This document shows positions 48,218 through 60,095 of a stretch of 64,000 nucleotides of DNA, piece after piece. Source of the stretch: Mobula hypostoma (taxonomy: Eukaryota); contig NC_086109.1 of the NCBI RefSeq assembly GCF_963921235.1, positions 19,036,001-19,100,000 of the forward strand, read 5' to 3'. Position 1 is the first letter of the stretch, and each line of letters begins with the position of its first letter. A program made the position numbers and the translations under genes. Under the pieces are notes generated by a model. That model did not search any database, had not been told where the DNA came from, and saw only the letters and a program-made list of their open reading frames with translations.

Positions 48218-48850
48218 TCAAGGTACATTATCGAAGCATGTACGGAGTATATAACTCTGAGATTTGTCTTCTCTAGACAGCCATGAAACAAAGAAAACCA
48301 TGGAGCCGTTCAAAGAAAAATATCAACCCCCCCCCATGCTAAAAAAAAAACAAATTGCATAAAACAGCAACAAGAACATCAAATCTCCAAGCCCCAAACC
48401 ACCCCCAGGCAAAAAAAAATCCAACAAATCACACAAATGGCAACAATAAAGAATGGGTGAAAACAGAATATAAAACAGAAAACTGAAAGAGTCCAAAGGA
48501 GCTACAGTCAAATCCATAAATTGTAGATCCAGAATTTCAGTATCATCCTCCGAAAACATCAAGGGAGAGAGACAGAGACCACCTGAGAGTAAGGGCCTTC
48601 CCTCAGGAGCAGCAAGACCGTCACACACAAACACCCTCCTCTGGCAGCAGCGAGTGAGAGGCTGGAAGGCAGCACTAAATGTTTGCTTGCCTTCCGCATT
48701 TGCCTCCGTGTCTCAATCTTCCTTGATGCCTTAATCGGCAAGATTGGCGATCATGTGCTTCTGGGACCCATGGCCGCTCGCCTCCTGGAATCTTCACGGA
48801 GAAAGCAAAGCATCAGATTGTTCAATCGATCTTCAAACTGTAGATCACAG
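48218..48850 (-). mobile_element. Non-autonomous non-LTR element
   Basis: Tail gacaaatctcagagttatatactccgtacatgcttcgataat shared with 62600-62665 and 8395-8455. Confidence 0.55.
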
Positions 48851-48857
48851 CCTCCAA

Positions 48858-49167
48858 TAAGAATAGGCATCCGTTAGTCTCATGAGACCATGGATTTACG
48901 CTTTGGAAGGTTTCCAGGGCGCAGGCCTGGACAAGGTTGTATGGAAGACCAGCAGTTGCCCATGCTGCAAGTCTCCCGTCTACATGCCACCAATGTTGTC
49001 CAAGGGAAGGGCATTAGGACCCATACAGCTTGGCACCGGTGTCGTCGCAGAGCAATGTGTGGTTAAGTGCCTTGCTCAAGGAAACATGCACAGCCTCAGC
49101 CAAGGATCGAACTAGCGACCTTCAAACCACCAGACGAACACCTTAACCACTTGGCCATGCGCCAACA
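48858..49167 (-). mobile_element. tRNA-derived SINE, copy 3
   Basis: Homologous to copies 1 and 2 with a shorter hairpin region; probable TSD CCTCCAA. Confidence 0.85.
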
Positions 49168-49577
49168 CCTCCAACAGTACCAGAAACATTTGTCAAATCC
49201 CTCCTACTTAGCTGGTGTCTTTTTGATAGCAGTGGGATTGAAGCTGCCCTTGAGCTGGTTGGTATGCACTTTCAGGCTTTTGAATCTCCTGTCAGACGGG
49301 AGAGGGGAGAAGAGAAAATTTCTAAGAAAAAACTTGAGTCTTTCGGAGCAACAGGAGACCTGAAAGGAAATGTTGCCACCCAGCACGTTCTAGGCTGCAG
49401 GAATATGTGATAAGAAATGCACTGACCGTTGGGCTTGTGGGAAAGGGCTAAGGGCTTGCCTCCACTAGACACAGAGCAGCTAAGCCCTGTATAAAAGTCT
49501 TTCAAACACTTGTCATGTATATCATGTAAAGAGGACACGCAAGTGTCAACAGGGCCTTGCCATCCCTACAAGATTAT

Positions 49578-49811
49578 TGTAATGCTTTGCAACTCCAACA
49601 CAGGAAACTAATCAAAATACAAACAAGGAACAGGGAATAACATGTCTAACTTTGTTTTTACTTTTAGCAAGTCATGCACGCATGACGGGGTGCCGTGATA
49701 ACGCATGCCATATACATACTTTTACATACAACCTGCAATGAATTATTTGAACAACAAAGAATGTTTACTCAAACAAAACATTTACATTATTACTGAAATA
49801 TTAAATATATA
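49578..49811. mobile_element. Probable solo LTR (234 bp)
   Basis: Starts TGTAAT, ends ATATA (CA changed to TA?); flanked by ATTAT on both sides. Confidence 0.5.
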
Positions 49812-49959
49812 ATTATGATAAAGATTAGCTCCATTTGTCACATGTACACTGAAACATTGAAATATCCAGTGAAATGTGACATTTGCATCAACAACCGGCA
49901 GAGTCTGAAGATGTGCTGGAGGCATGCTTTTGGTGCCAATATAACATTCCCACAACACA

Positions 49960-50137
49960 CTAGCCCTAACCCACATGTCTTTGGAATGTGGGAGGGAACC
50001 AGAGTGTCCAGAGAAAACCCACATGGTTAAGGGGAGAATATATACACTCCTTACAGACATTGGCAGTAATTGAACCCTAATTAGCTGATCACCAGCACTG
50101 TGAAGTGTTACGCTAATGGCTATGCTACTGCGCTGCT
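49960..50137 (-). mobile_element. V-SINE 5' part
   Basis: tRNA-like head and V-domain gtgggttttctctggacactctggttccctcccacattccaaagacatg. Confidence 0.8.
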
Positions 50138-50647
50138 CTTTATAGATCTGATGTACAGATCAGCTACAGTTGAATGTATAGACTGGACAGCACCGTGAAA
50201 AGAAAAGCATGCACTGTTTTTGGTAAATATTTTTAAATGTAATTTATTTTTGAAACAAAAAAAGCAGTTGATGCTGTGATCTTAGCTGTGTGATGAGTCA
50301 ACGCCTCGCAGTGGCTTCTGTCCATTTGTAACAAAGGAATGATGATCGGGCTGGGAGGCCACACACCAGTGACATATGATTACACACTCCCCTGGTGCTT
50401 TCCACCACCTCCAAGGCAGCTTTTAAAGCTCACACTACAAATGCCATGGAGACAGATTTGCTTCCCCTGATTTCTCAGTGGCAATCTCCACAGGTGACCA
50501 ACACAAGCACTCACGCAACTCATGCCTGAATACAGCAATAACTATGCCGAAGATTTCTTGAAAGATGTACCTTCACAGTTCCTCACTTGGCTGTCAGCTC
50601 CATGCCTGAACTGGACCCATAAACGCTGCATCCATTTAACATACATA

Positions 50648-52497
50648 GGAGGCTCTCCATTCTTTGGGGACGATCACGGACGTTGCACCTTGGCTGTCAC
50701 ACACAAGCCAGGTTAGTACAATAGGGAAAGCCACTGCCATGCAGCATGCTCCCCATCACCACAGCTGATGAATCCAAAGGAGCAGAAGAGAACAGTACAG
50801 TTTGGTATCAGTGGCATCGCAGGAGCTGCCAGTTGAACTCAGCATAAGATGCCTTAGGGACTCCAGGTCCTGATTTTTCCTTGGGGATCATTCCAAAAAG
50901 CCTTTCCATGAGTGCATATGAGCCGCAAGGCAGCAGAGGTTTGAAGTCAGATTTTTCCTTCTCCTAGCTGAGCTGCAAACCACGGCTGATGAGCACCATC
51001 TGCCTGAAGCAATCGGTTTTAGGGTTTAAGGCACCAGTAGTTTACCTTTGCTCCTTCTGTCAGTAAAAGGGGTTCAGTCAGTCTCAGTAGCAGAGCCACA
51101 CGTGAGGAGAGAGAGCTGGACTTGGCTGTGTCATAGTGCGCGCCTGCAGGACTGGACCCGAATTACGGCGAAAGACTGACTCTCTCTGTCACGGTGGTCG
51201 CTGGCACCGACTCGATGCAGGTGTGAAGGATTACAGACTCCCCACGAAGAGATAGATACAAGATGTTAGATATAGGAATACCAATAGAGCATAGGAGGCA
51301 CGACCAAAAGACACTGCGAGACAAATAGTTTTCTCAACACACAGTAGGACTCCGCGTTCAGAGCACAACGAGAGTCCCTTTGTATAATCATAGAACAGGG
51401 AAAATATGTGTTGGTCACAATCGATCCGTTAAGATCAAACAGAAAATACCTGGGCTTAACAGCTCTAACAATTAGTAAATACAAGTGCTTGAGAAACCCA
51501 GAATCCCACACTCTATGGCAAGCTGTGGCCTAAAGTACCTCCTTCCTCAAGGCCAGAATCTGATGACTCAAGGAGTCCTAGGGAATTAGAGATGGGTCTG
51601 GATAACAGCAAGCTTGATGCTCTCAAGACAGGACTGGAAAAACCCAGAACAGACCTGATGATCTTGAGACAGGGCTGGAAAAACGAGGAACGGTCCATGT
51701 ATGGCTCGGGAACAGTGCATGCATAACAAGGGAACGGTCTGTACGTAGCTCAGAAACTTTGCATTATGCCCAGCATGGAAACATGGTATACTGCTCAGAA
51801 ACATCGCTTTACATAGGAAACCTTACAGACCTTATCAACCCAGAGAAACTTGGGGAAAAAAAATCTTGAACGTAGACTGGAGAAGCTCGAAATGAAACTT
51901 TCAGAAACCAAACTTAAGTAAAGAAGGCATCCTAGACTCCAGCTGACCAGTGTCCAAGACATTGTAGAACCTGCAGTATATCTATTGGGTGCAGACTCCT
52001 TTTGTCACGGTGCCTGCTTGCAGAACTTGACCAAAGTGCAGTGGAACAGCTGGCTCTCTCTGTCATAGAGGGCACTGGCACCGACTCAACCCAGGTGCAG
52101 GATAGCAGACTCCCCATGAAGAGACAGAAACAAGAGGTTAGATTATAGGAATACTATCAGAGTACAGTATTGGAGGCACAGTGAAACAGTGAGACAAATC
52201 ATTCTCCTAGATACGCCATAGAGCAGCTTTAAATAATGATAGAACATGAGAAACATGCACCAGTCACAATCAATCCGACAAGACCGAACAGAAAGCACCT
52301 GGGCTTAACTTCTCTAACAATTAGTAAATACAGGTGCTCCAGAAACCCAGCAGCCCAAAGCTCTATGGCAAGCCACAGAGGTTTGAAGGACTCATGACAG
52401 GTTGTCAGAGGCTATTTGATTCGCTTGCCATTGGGAGCATTTAATAGGTAGTGGGAACTTAATCCCATTACCTTCCCAGGCAATGACAAGCTTACGG
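50648..52497 (-). mobile_element. Bipartite RTE-like element, family A, copy 2, split by an LTR element
   Basis: 50648-51128 plus 52400-52497 rejoin to match 1843-2415 (ggacttggttg|tcagaggctatttga). Confidence 0.8.
51129..52399 (-). mobile_element. Non-autonomous two-LTR (TRIM-like) element, 1271 bp
   Basis: Direct repeats ~51129-51535 and 52003-52399; TG...CA ends; TSD GGCTG/GGTTG; minus-strand purine tract gaggaaggagg at 51538-51548; ~470-bp interior. Confidence 0.8.
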
Positions 52498-52635
52498 CAC
52501 CTACCATATGATATAATGGTATCACATATATCTGAAATGGCTTGGCTAAGAATATGTAATATTCATGATCTGTTAAAAATATATCTCAAAAGGTTAATTT
52601 CAAAAATGGATGATATTTATATATTAAATATTATA

Positions 52636-52775
52636 AATACCTGGAGACCAATAACATTGGGTCAATATTACACTGTCAGAATCTTTGCAAAAATTCTAAG
52701 ATATTGTCTGTAGGTATTGTTAATTCTAGACAGAGGTTTTATTTCCAATTCTTCAGGTTGCAATGAAAACATTGG
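52636..52775 (+). mobile_element. R2-superfamily-like RT relic
   Basis: NTWRPITLG....RIFAKIL and RGFISNSSGCNENI resemble R2-type RT motifs WRPITIG and QRGF..GCxEN. Confidence 0.45.
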
Positions 52776-53327
52776 TGTTCGTTGGAGAAAAACAGAAGCT
52801 TGTTTCTGTATTCACCAATGAAGTATTTAGTAATTAGTAGACAGTCACACTGGTGGTTTTTCAGAGTTGAATTTGATTTATTCATATTGTAATATCAAAA
52901 ATTACACAGAGAGAATTCTAAAAGGGGGAAATCAGAGGAAAGGGTTACTTGGCACTGAGGAGTCCAACTACATATCCCTCCCTCTTCCTTCCCCCCCCAA
53001 ATCCCCCACCATCCCCGAAATGGATCAGCACAATCCCAGTACTGCCACTGTGAGCACTGGGGCCACCAGCACTGGACAACATTGTGGTACAGCGTTAGAC
53101 ACGGCTGCCTTAGAGCTCCAGGGATCCTTGTTAGATTGTATTGGATCTTTTGATATTTATTGCGCAGCAGAGATAGATGTGATGTTTGTGGAGTGATAAA
53201 CCCAGACCCTTTCAAACATTGATAGCAATGCAATCCATGTGAGAGGATATGGTCAAACACTGATGAAACGTGATCCATTTCCCTCCCCTCTGTACTGACT
53301 GAAGTTTCTGTCAGTGGAGAAGCCTTA

Positions 53328-54290
53328 TGTTCAAAGTCATGTTTATTTTCATATGCGCAAGTATATGTACGCCAAGGGGCAATGAAAAGCTTTTTATCTG
53401 CAGCCACATCATGGGCACATAAATTCATATCACGGCATTCACAAGAAAAGCATTACTGGAATATAAATTATACTCAAATTGTACAATGAAGAGCATAATT
53501 AGAACCAAAAAAGTTCATTTTTTATAGTATTGCTGGTTGGTTCAAGAACCGAGTAGTTGAACGGAAGTAGCTGTTCTTGAACCTGGTGGTGTGGGACCTT
53601 ATGCTTCTGATGTCCTGCCTGATGGTAGCTACAAAGGATGGCATGTCCTGGGTGATGTAGATCTTTGGTGATTGACATTGGCTCTCGAGGCAGCACCCAT
53701 TGCAGTTACTACCAATGATGGGGAGGGATTTGTCTACCATGTATTAGGTAGAGACCATTACTCTCTGTAGCTCCTTACCTTCCTGTGCATTTGAATTCGA
53801 GCATCAGACCATGATGTAACCAGTCAGGAAACATTCAACAGTACACCTTTAGAAGTTTTTTAAAATACATGCTTTCCTTATGATTGCATCTAGGGCAGGT
53901 CATCTGATATGTTAATTGCAAGAACTTTAAAGCTGCTGACTCTCTCCACCACTGATCCCCAAGTGTAGACTGACGCACGTTTGCCCTCCTTCTCCATTCT
54001 AAAGTCAACAATCAGCTCTTTCGCTTTGCTGACATTGAGCAAGAGGTTATTTTTGCAGCACCACTCAATCAGATGTCCTATCTCGCACTGGTAGGCTGCC
54101 TAATCACCTCCTATGATTTGTCCAACAACAACAGTGTTGTCAGCAGATTGAAGGTGGCATCAGGGCTGTGCTTAACCACGCAATCAGAGTAGGGGCCTAT
54201 GCGAATATCATTGAGATGTACCTGAGCTGATGATGAGCGTGGAGATATTGTTGTCAGTGCTCACTGACTGAACTCTGCCAATGAGGGAGT
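53328..54290 (-). mobile_element. Rex1/Babar RT to 3' UTR fragment
   Basis: ADNTVVVGQI...EWCCKNNLLLNVSKAKELIVDF; HTTRFKNSYFRSTTRFLN. Confidence 0.85.
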
Positions 54291-54587
54291 TTTTCACTGT
54301 GTAATTGCACGGATTTCCACTGTTTGTTCTAATTTCCTCCCACATGTCAAAGACCAGGTAGTAGGTTAAATGATTGGTAAACTACTATTTAGTGGAAGTA
54401 ATTGATTTTATCCAAAGGTACAGATATGAGGGAAATGGTTAACAATATACCATTCATTAAAATTCACAAGCAAAACTTATTTTGCATTTGACAATGTAGC
54501 TATATCTTCAGTAATTGTTTGAGGAACAATATCTTTGCTCGATAATTTTATTCTACTACTTAGAATCCAAAGCAACATGTAGTGAGC

Positions 54588-54803
54588 AACGCACACAAAA
54601 TACTGGAGAAACTCAGCAGGCCAGGCATTATTTGCGGAAAAGAGTAAACAATCAACGTTTCGGGCCAAGACCCTTCACCGCTGATGAAGGGTTTTGGCCC
54701 GAAGTGTCAATTGTTTACTCTTTTCCATAGCCAGCCTGGCCTGACGAGCTCCTCCAGCATTTTGTGCGTGTTGCATGGATTTCCAGCATCTGTAGATTCT
54801 CTT
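54588..54803 (+). mobile_element. Palindromic Penelope-derived mini-element (older)
   Basis: TSD ATGTAGTGAGC/ATGTAGTAAGC (54577-54587, 54804-54814); diverged ~90-bp arms turning at cccttcaccg|CTGATGAaggg; ~30-nt tail. Confidence 0.85.
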
Positions 54804-55419
54804 ATGTAGTAAGCCACTCTGAGATCCTAATAACATCAAACCCATCCGTGTGGTTACTGTTGTTATCAGCACAATGATACTCTGTTTGATCAGAGCATCA
54901 AGTGCTTCTTTGAGTTTATCCCTCTGGCGCCTGCCCAGGGTCATGTTGAGGATATACTGGTATTTCAAGTCTAATTACATCCATTCAACCTTTCCTACTC
55001 TATCACTGATTACCCAAATATGTTTATGTATTAAAACTCTGTGATTAGTGGCTTATACTCATTGATTCTGTACAACATTAATCTCTCGAATGATGTTGTG
55101 TTAAACACACCAATAGTAAATAGTAATCAGAAAACCCTTTCAGTCCAACGTAGGTCATACTGTTGTGTTATTTGATGAATTTACAGTCGGCCATATACTT
55201 AGACATGGGGAGCGAACGTCTGGATGCATAACGGCTTGGTATGGCAACTGCTCTGCGTGTAATCACAAGAAACTGCAGAGAGTTAGAGACGTGGTTCAGC
55301 TCCTCACAAGCACCACCCTCCTTTCCATGGATTCTGTCTGCACGTCTCTCAGCTTCGCTCAGGCAGCCAGGATAATCAAGGACCTCACCTACTCCAGACG
55401 TTCTCTCTTCTCCCCTCTC

Positions 55420-55710
55420 GGCGGGTGCCACAGTAGCACGGCGGTCAGCACGACGCGATTACAGGTCAGGGTGTCGGAGTTTGGAGCTCAATCCCGGCAT
55501 CCTCTGTAAGGAGTTTGTACATCCTCCCTGTGGAATGTGCGAGTTTTCTCCAGTTTCCTCCCACAGTCCAAAAACACAGCGGTTGGTAGGTTAATTAATC
55601 TTTGTAAATTTTCAAGTGATTAAACTAGCATTAAATCGGGGGTTGCTGGGTGGTGTGACTCAACAGGCCAGAAGGGCCTATTCTAAGCAGTATCTCTAAA
55701 TAAATAAAGA
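55420..55710 (+). mobile_element. Full-length V-SINE (HE1-like) with CR1-type tail
   Basis: tRNA-like head, V-domain ttcctcccacagtccaaa, tail gccagaagggccta...tatctctaaataaataaa. Confidence 0.85.
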
Positions 55711-55763
55711 TAAGTAGAAAAACCTGAAAGCACGCATCATCAGGCTCAAGGACAGCTTCTATC

Positions 55764-56898
55764 TGTCATAAGGTGGGCGGTTGGTGGCGGACCCAAATGC
55801 AAGACACAGACACTCAAGTACTAGGAATAGGACTCGGTGTGACAAGAAAGCAAGGGAAGTGGGGAAGAAAGGACGCTGGACACTGACACAGGCCCTGGAC
55901 GACACTAGGATGCAGGGCCTGGGCTAGGACATGGACAAGAAACACAGAACCCGGACAAGGAACTAGGAACAAGGAGCCTGGACTAGGAACACAGGACTAG
56001 AGCCTAGACAAGGACCTAGAACCTGGGTCTTGGTTGGGACTAGGAACCTGGGTCTTGAGTAGGAACTGGAACCCCTGTTTAGGCTAGGAAAAGATGTGGC
56101 TACAGGTCATGGCATGGCTACAGGTCTGGACGTGAAACTCCTGGATAGGACGAGGGAACTTCAGCACCAGACAAGGGATCTCCAGCACAGGGCTGGGTTA
56201 GGTACTCCTGGGCTGGGCGAGGCACATGGACAAGACGAGAACACGAAGCCGTGACTTGGTCTTGGGAGACAGGAAACTCAGAGCCTTGGATTTGGTACTC
56301 AGGAACATAGAACACAGAGCCGGAACCCCTCCTTAGGAGCAGGACATAGGGCCAGGACTCGTACACAGCACACAGAGCCAGGACCCCCTCCTTGGGAATA
56401 GGACCAAGGGCCAGGGCTCTTTCTATACAGTGCTCTGAACACAAAGAGATAGTTCCCAACACAAGGTAGCAGCAAACAGCCAGACCTACCTAGCAAAGGC
56501 GAGGACACAGAGACAGTTCCCACCTCAAGGTAGCAGCAAAAGGCCAGACCTACCTAGCGAAGACAAGGACACAAAGAGACTTCCAAACAACGACAGACTA
56601 TTCCTTATCTTGACACAGCAAGGTCCCAGTCTTGCTCCAGCAGTTGAACTTGACAGCATTACAGGCAAGGCCACTGGCAAAGCTTCAGACAAGGCTTAAG
56701 AAGGAAGGGGAAAGGAAGGGAACAATCCAGCAAATGAAGCTGAACCCAGGAGCTATTTATGTAGCCAGTCCAAAATGAGAATCAGGTGCCTCAGTTGAGG
56801 CACCCCAACAGAACAAGGGAAAACAGGAAAACCTGGAATAAGGATCGATGGACTGGACCGTGAACCAGAATGCGGAGTTCACGGACTGAACCATGACA
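55764..56898 (-). mobile_element. Long solo LTR (1135 bp) with internal tandem repeats
   Basis: TGTCAT...ATGACA termini; perfect TSD CTATC (55759-55763, 56899-56903). Confidence 0.9.
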
Positions 56899-57278
56899 CT
56901 ATCCTATTGTTATCAGACTCTCGAATGGACCTCTTGTATGATAAGTTGGACTCTTGATCTCACAAAACACTTTGTTATAATCTTACACTTTTTGGTAGCT
57001 TTTACACTTTATTCTGCATTGTTATTGCTTTTATTTTAACTCAATGCACTGTGTAATGATTTCATCTGCATAAATAGTATGCAAGACAAGCTTTTGACTG
57101 TGTCTTGGTACATGCGACAACAATATACCAATGCCAGTAATGTATATCACTCAGCAAGAAGGAAACAATTATATTTGACTAACCAATATCAATTCAATAT
57201 ATATACAACGTAAAGTATGTGATCAACAAATGACAGCATTATATAAAATATTCCTCCTCCCCCTCTCTCTCTCTCTAG

Positions 57279-57338
57279 GAGACTTTACCCACTGCACCTA
57301 TAACTGAAGAGTGGCTGTTGCTTGGATACTTTAACATG
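57279..57338 (+). CDS. Candidate plus-strand exon (ETLPTAPITEEWLLLGYFNM)
   Basis: Long pyrimidine tract with AG at 57277-57278; donor ATG|GTcagt; 60 bp. Confidence 0.3.
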
Positions 57339-57674
57339 GTCAGTGGGAACAAGCCACACAACCTCCTCACTGGCAAAATCATTGTTTCCTTGTACTCTCT
57401 GGAATTGATCATGTAGCAGCCTTGTCAGAGTTCCCCCGAACAGTCTCTATGCTTATTAGGGACTATTGTCTCATGCTGTCCCCCCAGCTATGCACAGGAC
57501 CCAAGTGAGATGATTAAAAGAGGAATCTCAGCTCCCACTGTGACACAATTCCCCAGTTACTATAAGCACTGACCACCTCAGTGTCCTCATCTGCATAAAG
57601 TATAAAAGTCAGAGTTAAGCAAATGAACATGCCAATTTTTTCTTTGTCTAATTGCACTTTTATGTCCCTTCAGT

Positions 57675-57822
57675 CCTTAATTAGTAAGAATGTCAAAGGT
57701 TGTGGGGAGAAGGCGGAGAATGGGGATGAGAGAGAAAATAAGTCAGCTATTACCAAATGATGGAACAGACACGATGGACCGAATAGCCTGCTTTCTGTTC
57801 CTATATCATATGATCTTATGGT
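57675..57822 (+). mobile_element. CR1 3' end
   Basis: gtcaaaggttgtggggagaaggc...gatggaccgaatagcct...tcttatggtc tail. Confidence 0.75.
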
Positions 57823-57824
57823 CC

Positions 57825-58712
57825 AAGTGCTTGTTTGTTCTAGCCACGTAGACGTCATGGCCAAGAAAACACACCAGCACCAAAGAGTGACTCAGACAAC
57901 TGCACTGCTCCAAAGAGCACCTAATGAGGTCACTCTTACCCTCGGCCCTAAGGCTCAGTAATGAGTCAGCATTATAGCCAGAGGAGTGATGACCCCCTCC
58001 TGTTAAGCCGTTTAAGATAACTTATTTATATTTTTTTTCTTCTTACTTCTCTTCTAATATTGTATATCTGTGAACTTGTTATGCTACTGTGACACTGTAA
58101 TTTCCTTTGAGATCAATAAAGTATCTTTTTGTCTATCCACTTCCTCTGGAAGCTAAGGTTCTTCAGTAACTCTCATGAATTATATAGATGCTTCATAGAA
58201 AGCATCCTATCTGGATCCAACACACCTTGGCATGCCTGAGATCATATGAAATCAGAGAGTTGTGGATGGAGTCCAGTCAATCACGAAAACTACCCTTCCC
58301 TACATCGATTCTGTCCATACTCCCATTGCCTTGTGAAAGCAGACAACATAATCAACAACCCCTTCTTACCCTGGCCATTCTGTGCCCCCCCCCACCCCCG
58401 CCACTTTCCTTGAGCAGAAGATAAAAGATATTTTGAATACATTCAAGGCTCAAGGACAGCTTCTATCTCTTTGTTATCAGACTCTTGAATGGATCTTACT
58501 TGATAAAGATGAATTCTTGATGTTTCAGTCTACCCCATTATGGCCCATGCACTTTATTTGTCTACTTTAAGTGTAATTCCTCTAATACTGCAACACTATC
58601 CTCTACATTGTTTTCTCTTTTACTTTTATGTACTTGTGCATGGAATGATCTCAACAGTATGCAAACAGAAGATTACCTCTGTATCCCAAAACATGTACCA
58701 ATAATAAAGCAA
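57825..58712 (+). mobile_element. Rex1/Babar 3' fragment with a nested second 3' tail (~57880-58137)
   Basis: HVDVMAKKTHQH|HFLWKLR...FKAQGQLLS-type remnants; nested piece ends gatcaataaagtatct. Confidence 0.7.
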
Positions 58713-58742
58713 TTACTAATGGCCTTATCCTTTTGCTTCCAG

Positions 58743-58846
58743 TTAATGGTCATGCCTACTGCCCAGCTACACTGGAGACAAAGATGGAGGATGTCTACCT
58801 CCTTGGTGTGGAAGATGTGGCCAATGACCACTATGAGAGGCTCTGA
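58743..58846 (+). CDS. Candidate terminal exon (NGHAYCPATLETKMEDVYLLGVEDVANDHYERL*)
   Basis: Strong acceptor ccttatccttttgcttccAG; unique sequence; phase-1 frame ends at TGA 58844-58846, and a phase-0 frame is also open to 58886. Confidence 0.35.
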
Positions 58847-59114
58847 CTCCAGAAAGCCCAGCTGTGACTACAAATCCTACCCATGAGTCGTGGCCTTAGG
58901 CCTATTGCAACCACAGCGGCCATTATAAACCATTAATTCCACTTTCCATTCCTGTTTTCTGACCAACACCACCTATAAGGCAAAGTGTTCCAGATCTCTC
59001 TTTAGCGGGACTGCAATTTTTGAACTTTTATCCATGTCCCTTGGATATTGACCTCTCTCCTAAGATGAATGGGTTTGTCTTATTCATCTCCTGTGCTCCC
59101 CCCATCATTTTAAA

Positions 59115-59485
59115 TCATCATCAATACGTGCTGTGTCGTATGATGTGGGCGGTCATGGTCTTTGACCATGATTGTTCTTGGTAATTTTTTTTACGGAAGT
59201 GGTTTGCCATTGCTTTCTTCTGGGTAGTGTCTTCACAAGATGAGTGGCCATTATCAGTACTCTTCAGAGATCGTCTGCCTGGCGTTAATGGTCACATAAC
59301 CAGATGGTATGCACTAGTTGCTCATATGACCATCCACCACCTGCTCTATGGTTTCACATGACCCTGATTTGAGAGCTAAGCGGGTACCATATCTTGCCCA
59401 CAGGTGAGCTGCCGGCTAGCGGAGGGAAGGAGAGCATTACACCTCCTTTGGTGGAGAAGTATCTCCACTCTGCCAACCATACCAG
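59115..59485 (-). mobile_element. RTE/BovB-tail SINE-like element
   Basis: gaaagcaatggcaaaccacttcc...aagaacaatcatggtc and a (GAT)n tail; probable TSD TTAAATCATC. Confidence 0.7.
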
Positions 59486-59679
59486 GATTAAATCATCTCT
59501 TAGTATCTTCTGTTTCTGAATAGCCAATCTACACTCCTTTCTAAAATTGTCCATATATCGTCAAATCTCCTCTGTACCCTGCCACATGTTATTTCAGCCT
59601 TCCTGTATATGAAAACTAGAACTGTACTCAGAAGTTCATCTATGGCATAACTAGTGTTTTAGAAAGGCAAGTGTTGCTG

Positions 59680-59862
59680 TCTGGAGCACCAGACAGTCTG
59701 CTGAAGGAAGTGAGCGGGCTGAGCAGCTTGGATGGGAGCTGAGAGAGGAATTGTCAATGTTTTAGGTTGGCAACACAGGGTTTCCACTCAAATCATTGAC
59801 AATTCATTTCCCCCCATGGATGTTGCTCAAGGAGTTGAGTTCACGAGCAGATTTTATTTTTG
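59680..59862. mobile_element. Very decayed palindromic Penelope-derived element
   Basis: Arms ctgctgaaggaagtgagc...gaattgtcaatg and cattgacaattc...gagttcacgagcag. Confidence 0.5.
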
Positions 59863-60095
59863 CTAGTGTTGTGCTATGATTCGCTTGCTTGAACTCTGTC
59901 AATCCTGACTGCCTACATCTGACACCTTATTGTTTACCTGGACTCCCCTTTCTCTGTAGCTGTTACACCTTGTTCTGTATTGTTCTTGTTTTACCTTGTA
60001 CCACCTTTAGTACACTGTGTAAAGGTCTGTTCTGTATGAACAATATGCAAGTCAAACTTTATTGCTGTCACATGTATCTCAGTACATATGACAAA

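Larger units (their letters stand above)
55215..57135 (+). mobile_element. Rex1/Babar 3' fragment hosting a V-SINE and a solo LTR
   Basis: SGCITAWYGNCSACNHKKLQRV...AARIIKD; resumes at 55712-55763 and 56899-57135. Confidence 0.85.

Noticed and set aside
55880..56600. Short repeats resembling a CRISPR or satellite array
   Set aside because: Irregular degenerate units inside a TSD-flanked LTR; no constant repeat with unique spacers; eukaryotic context
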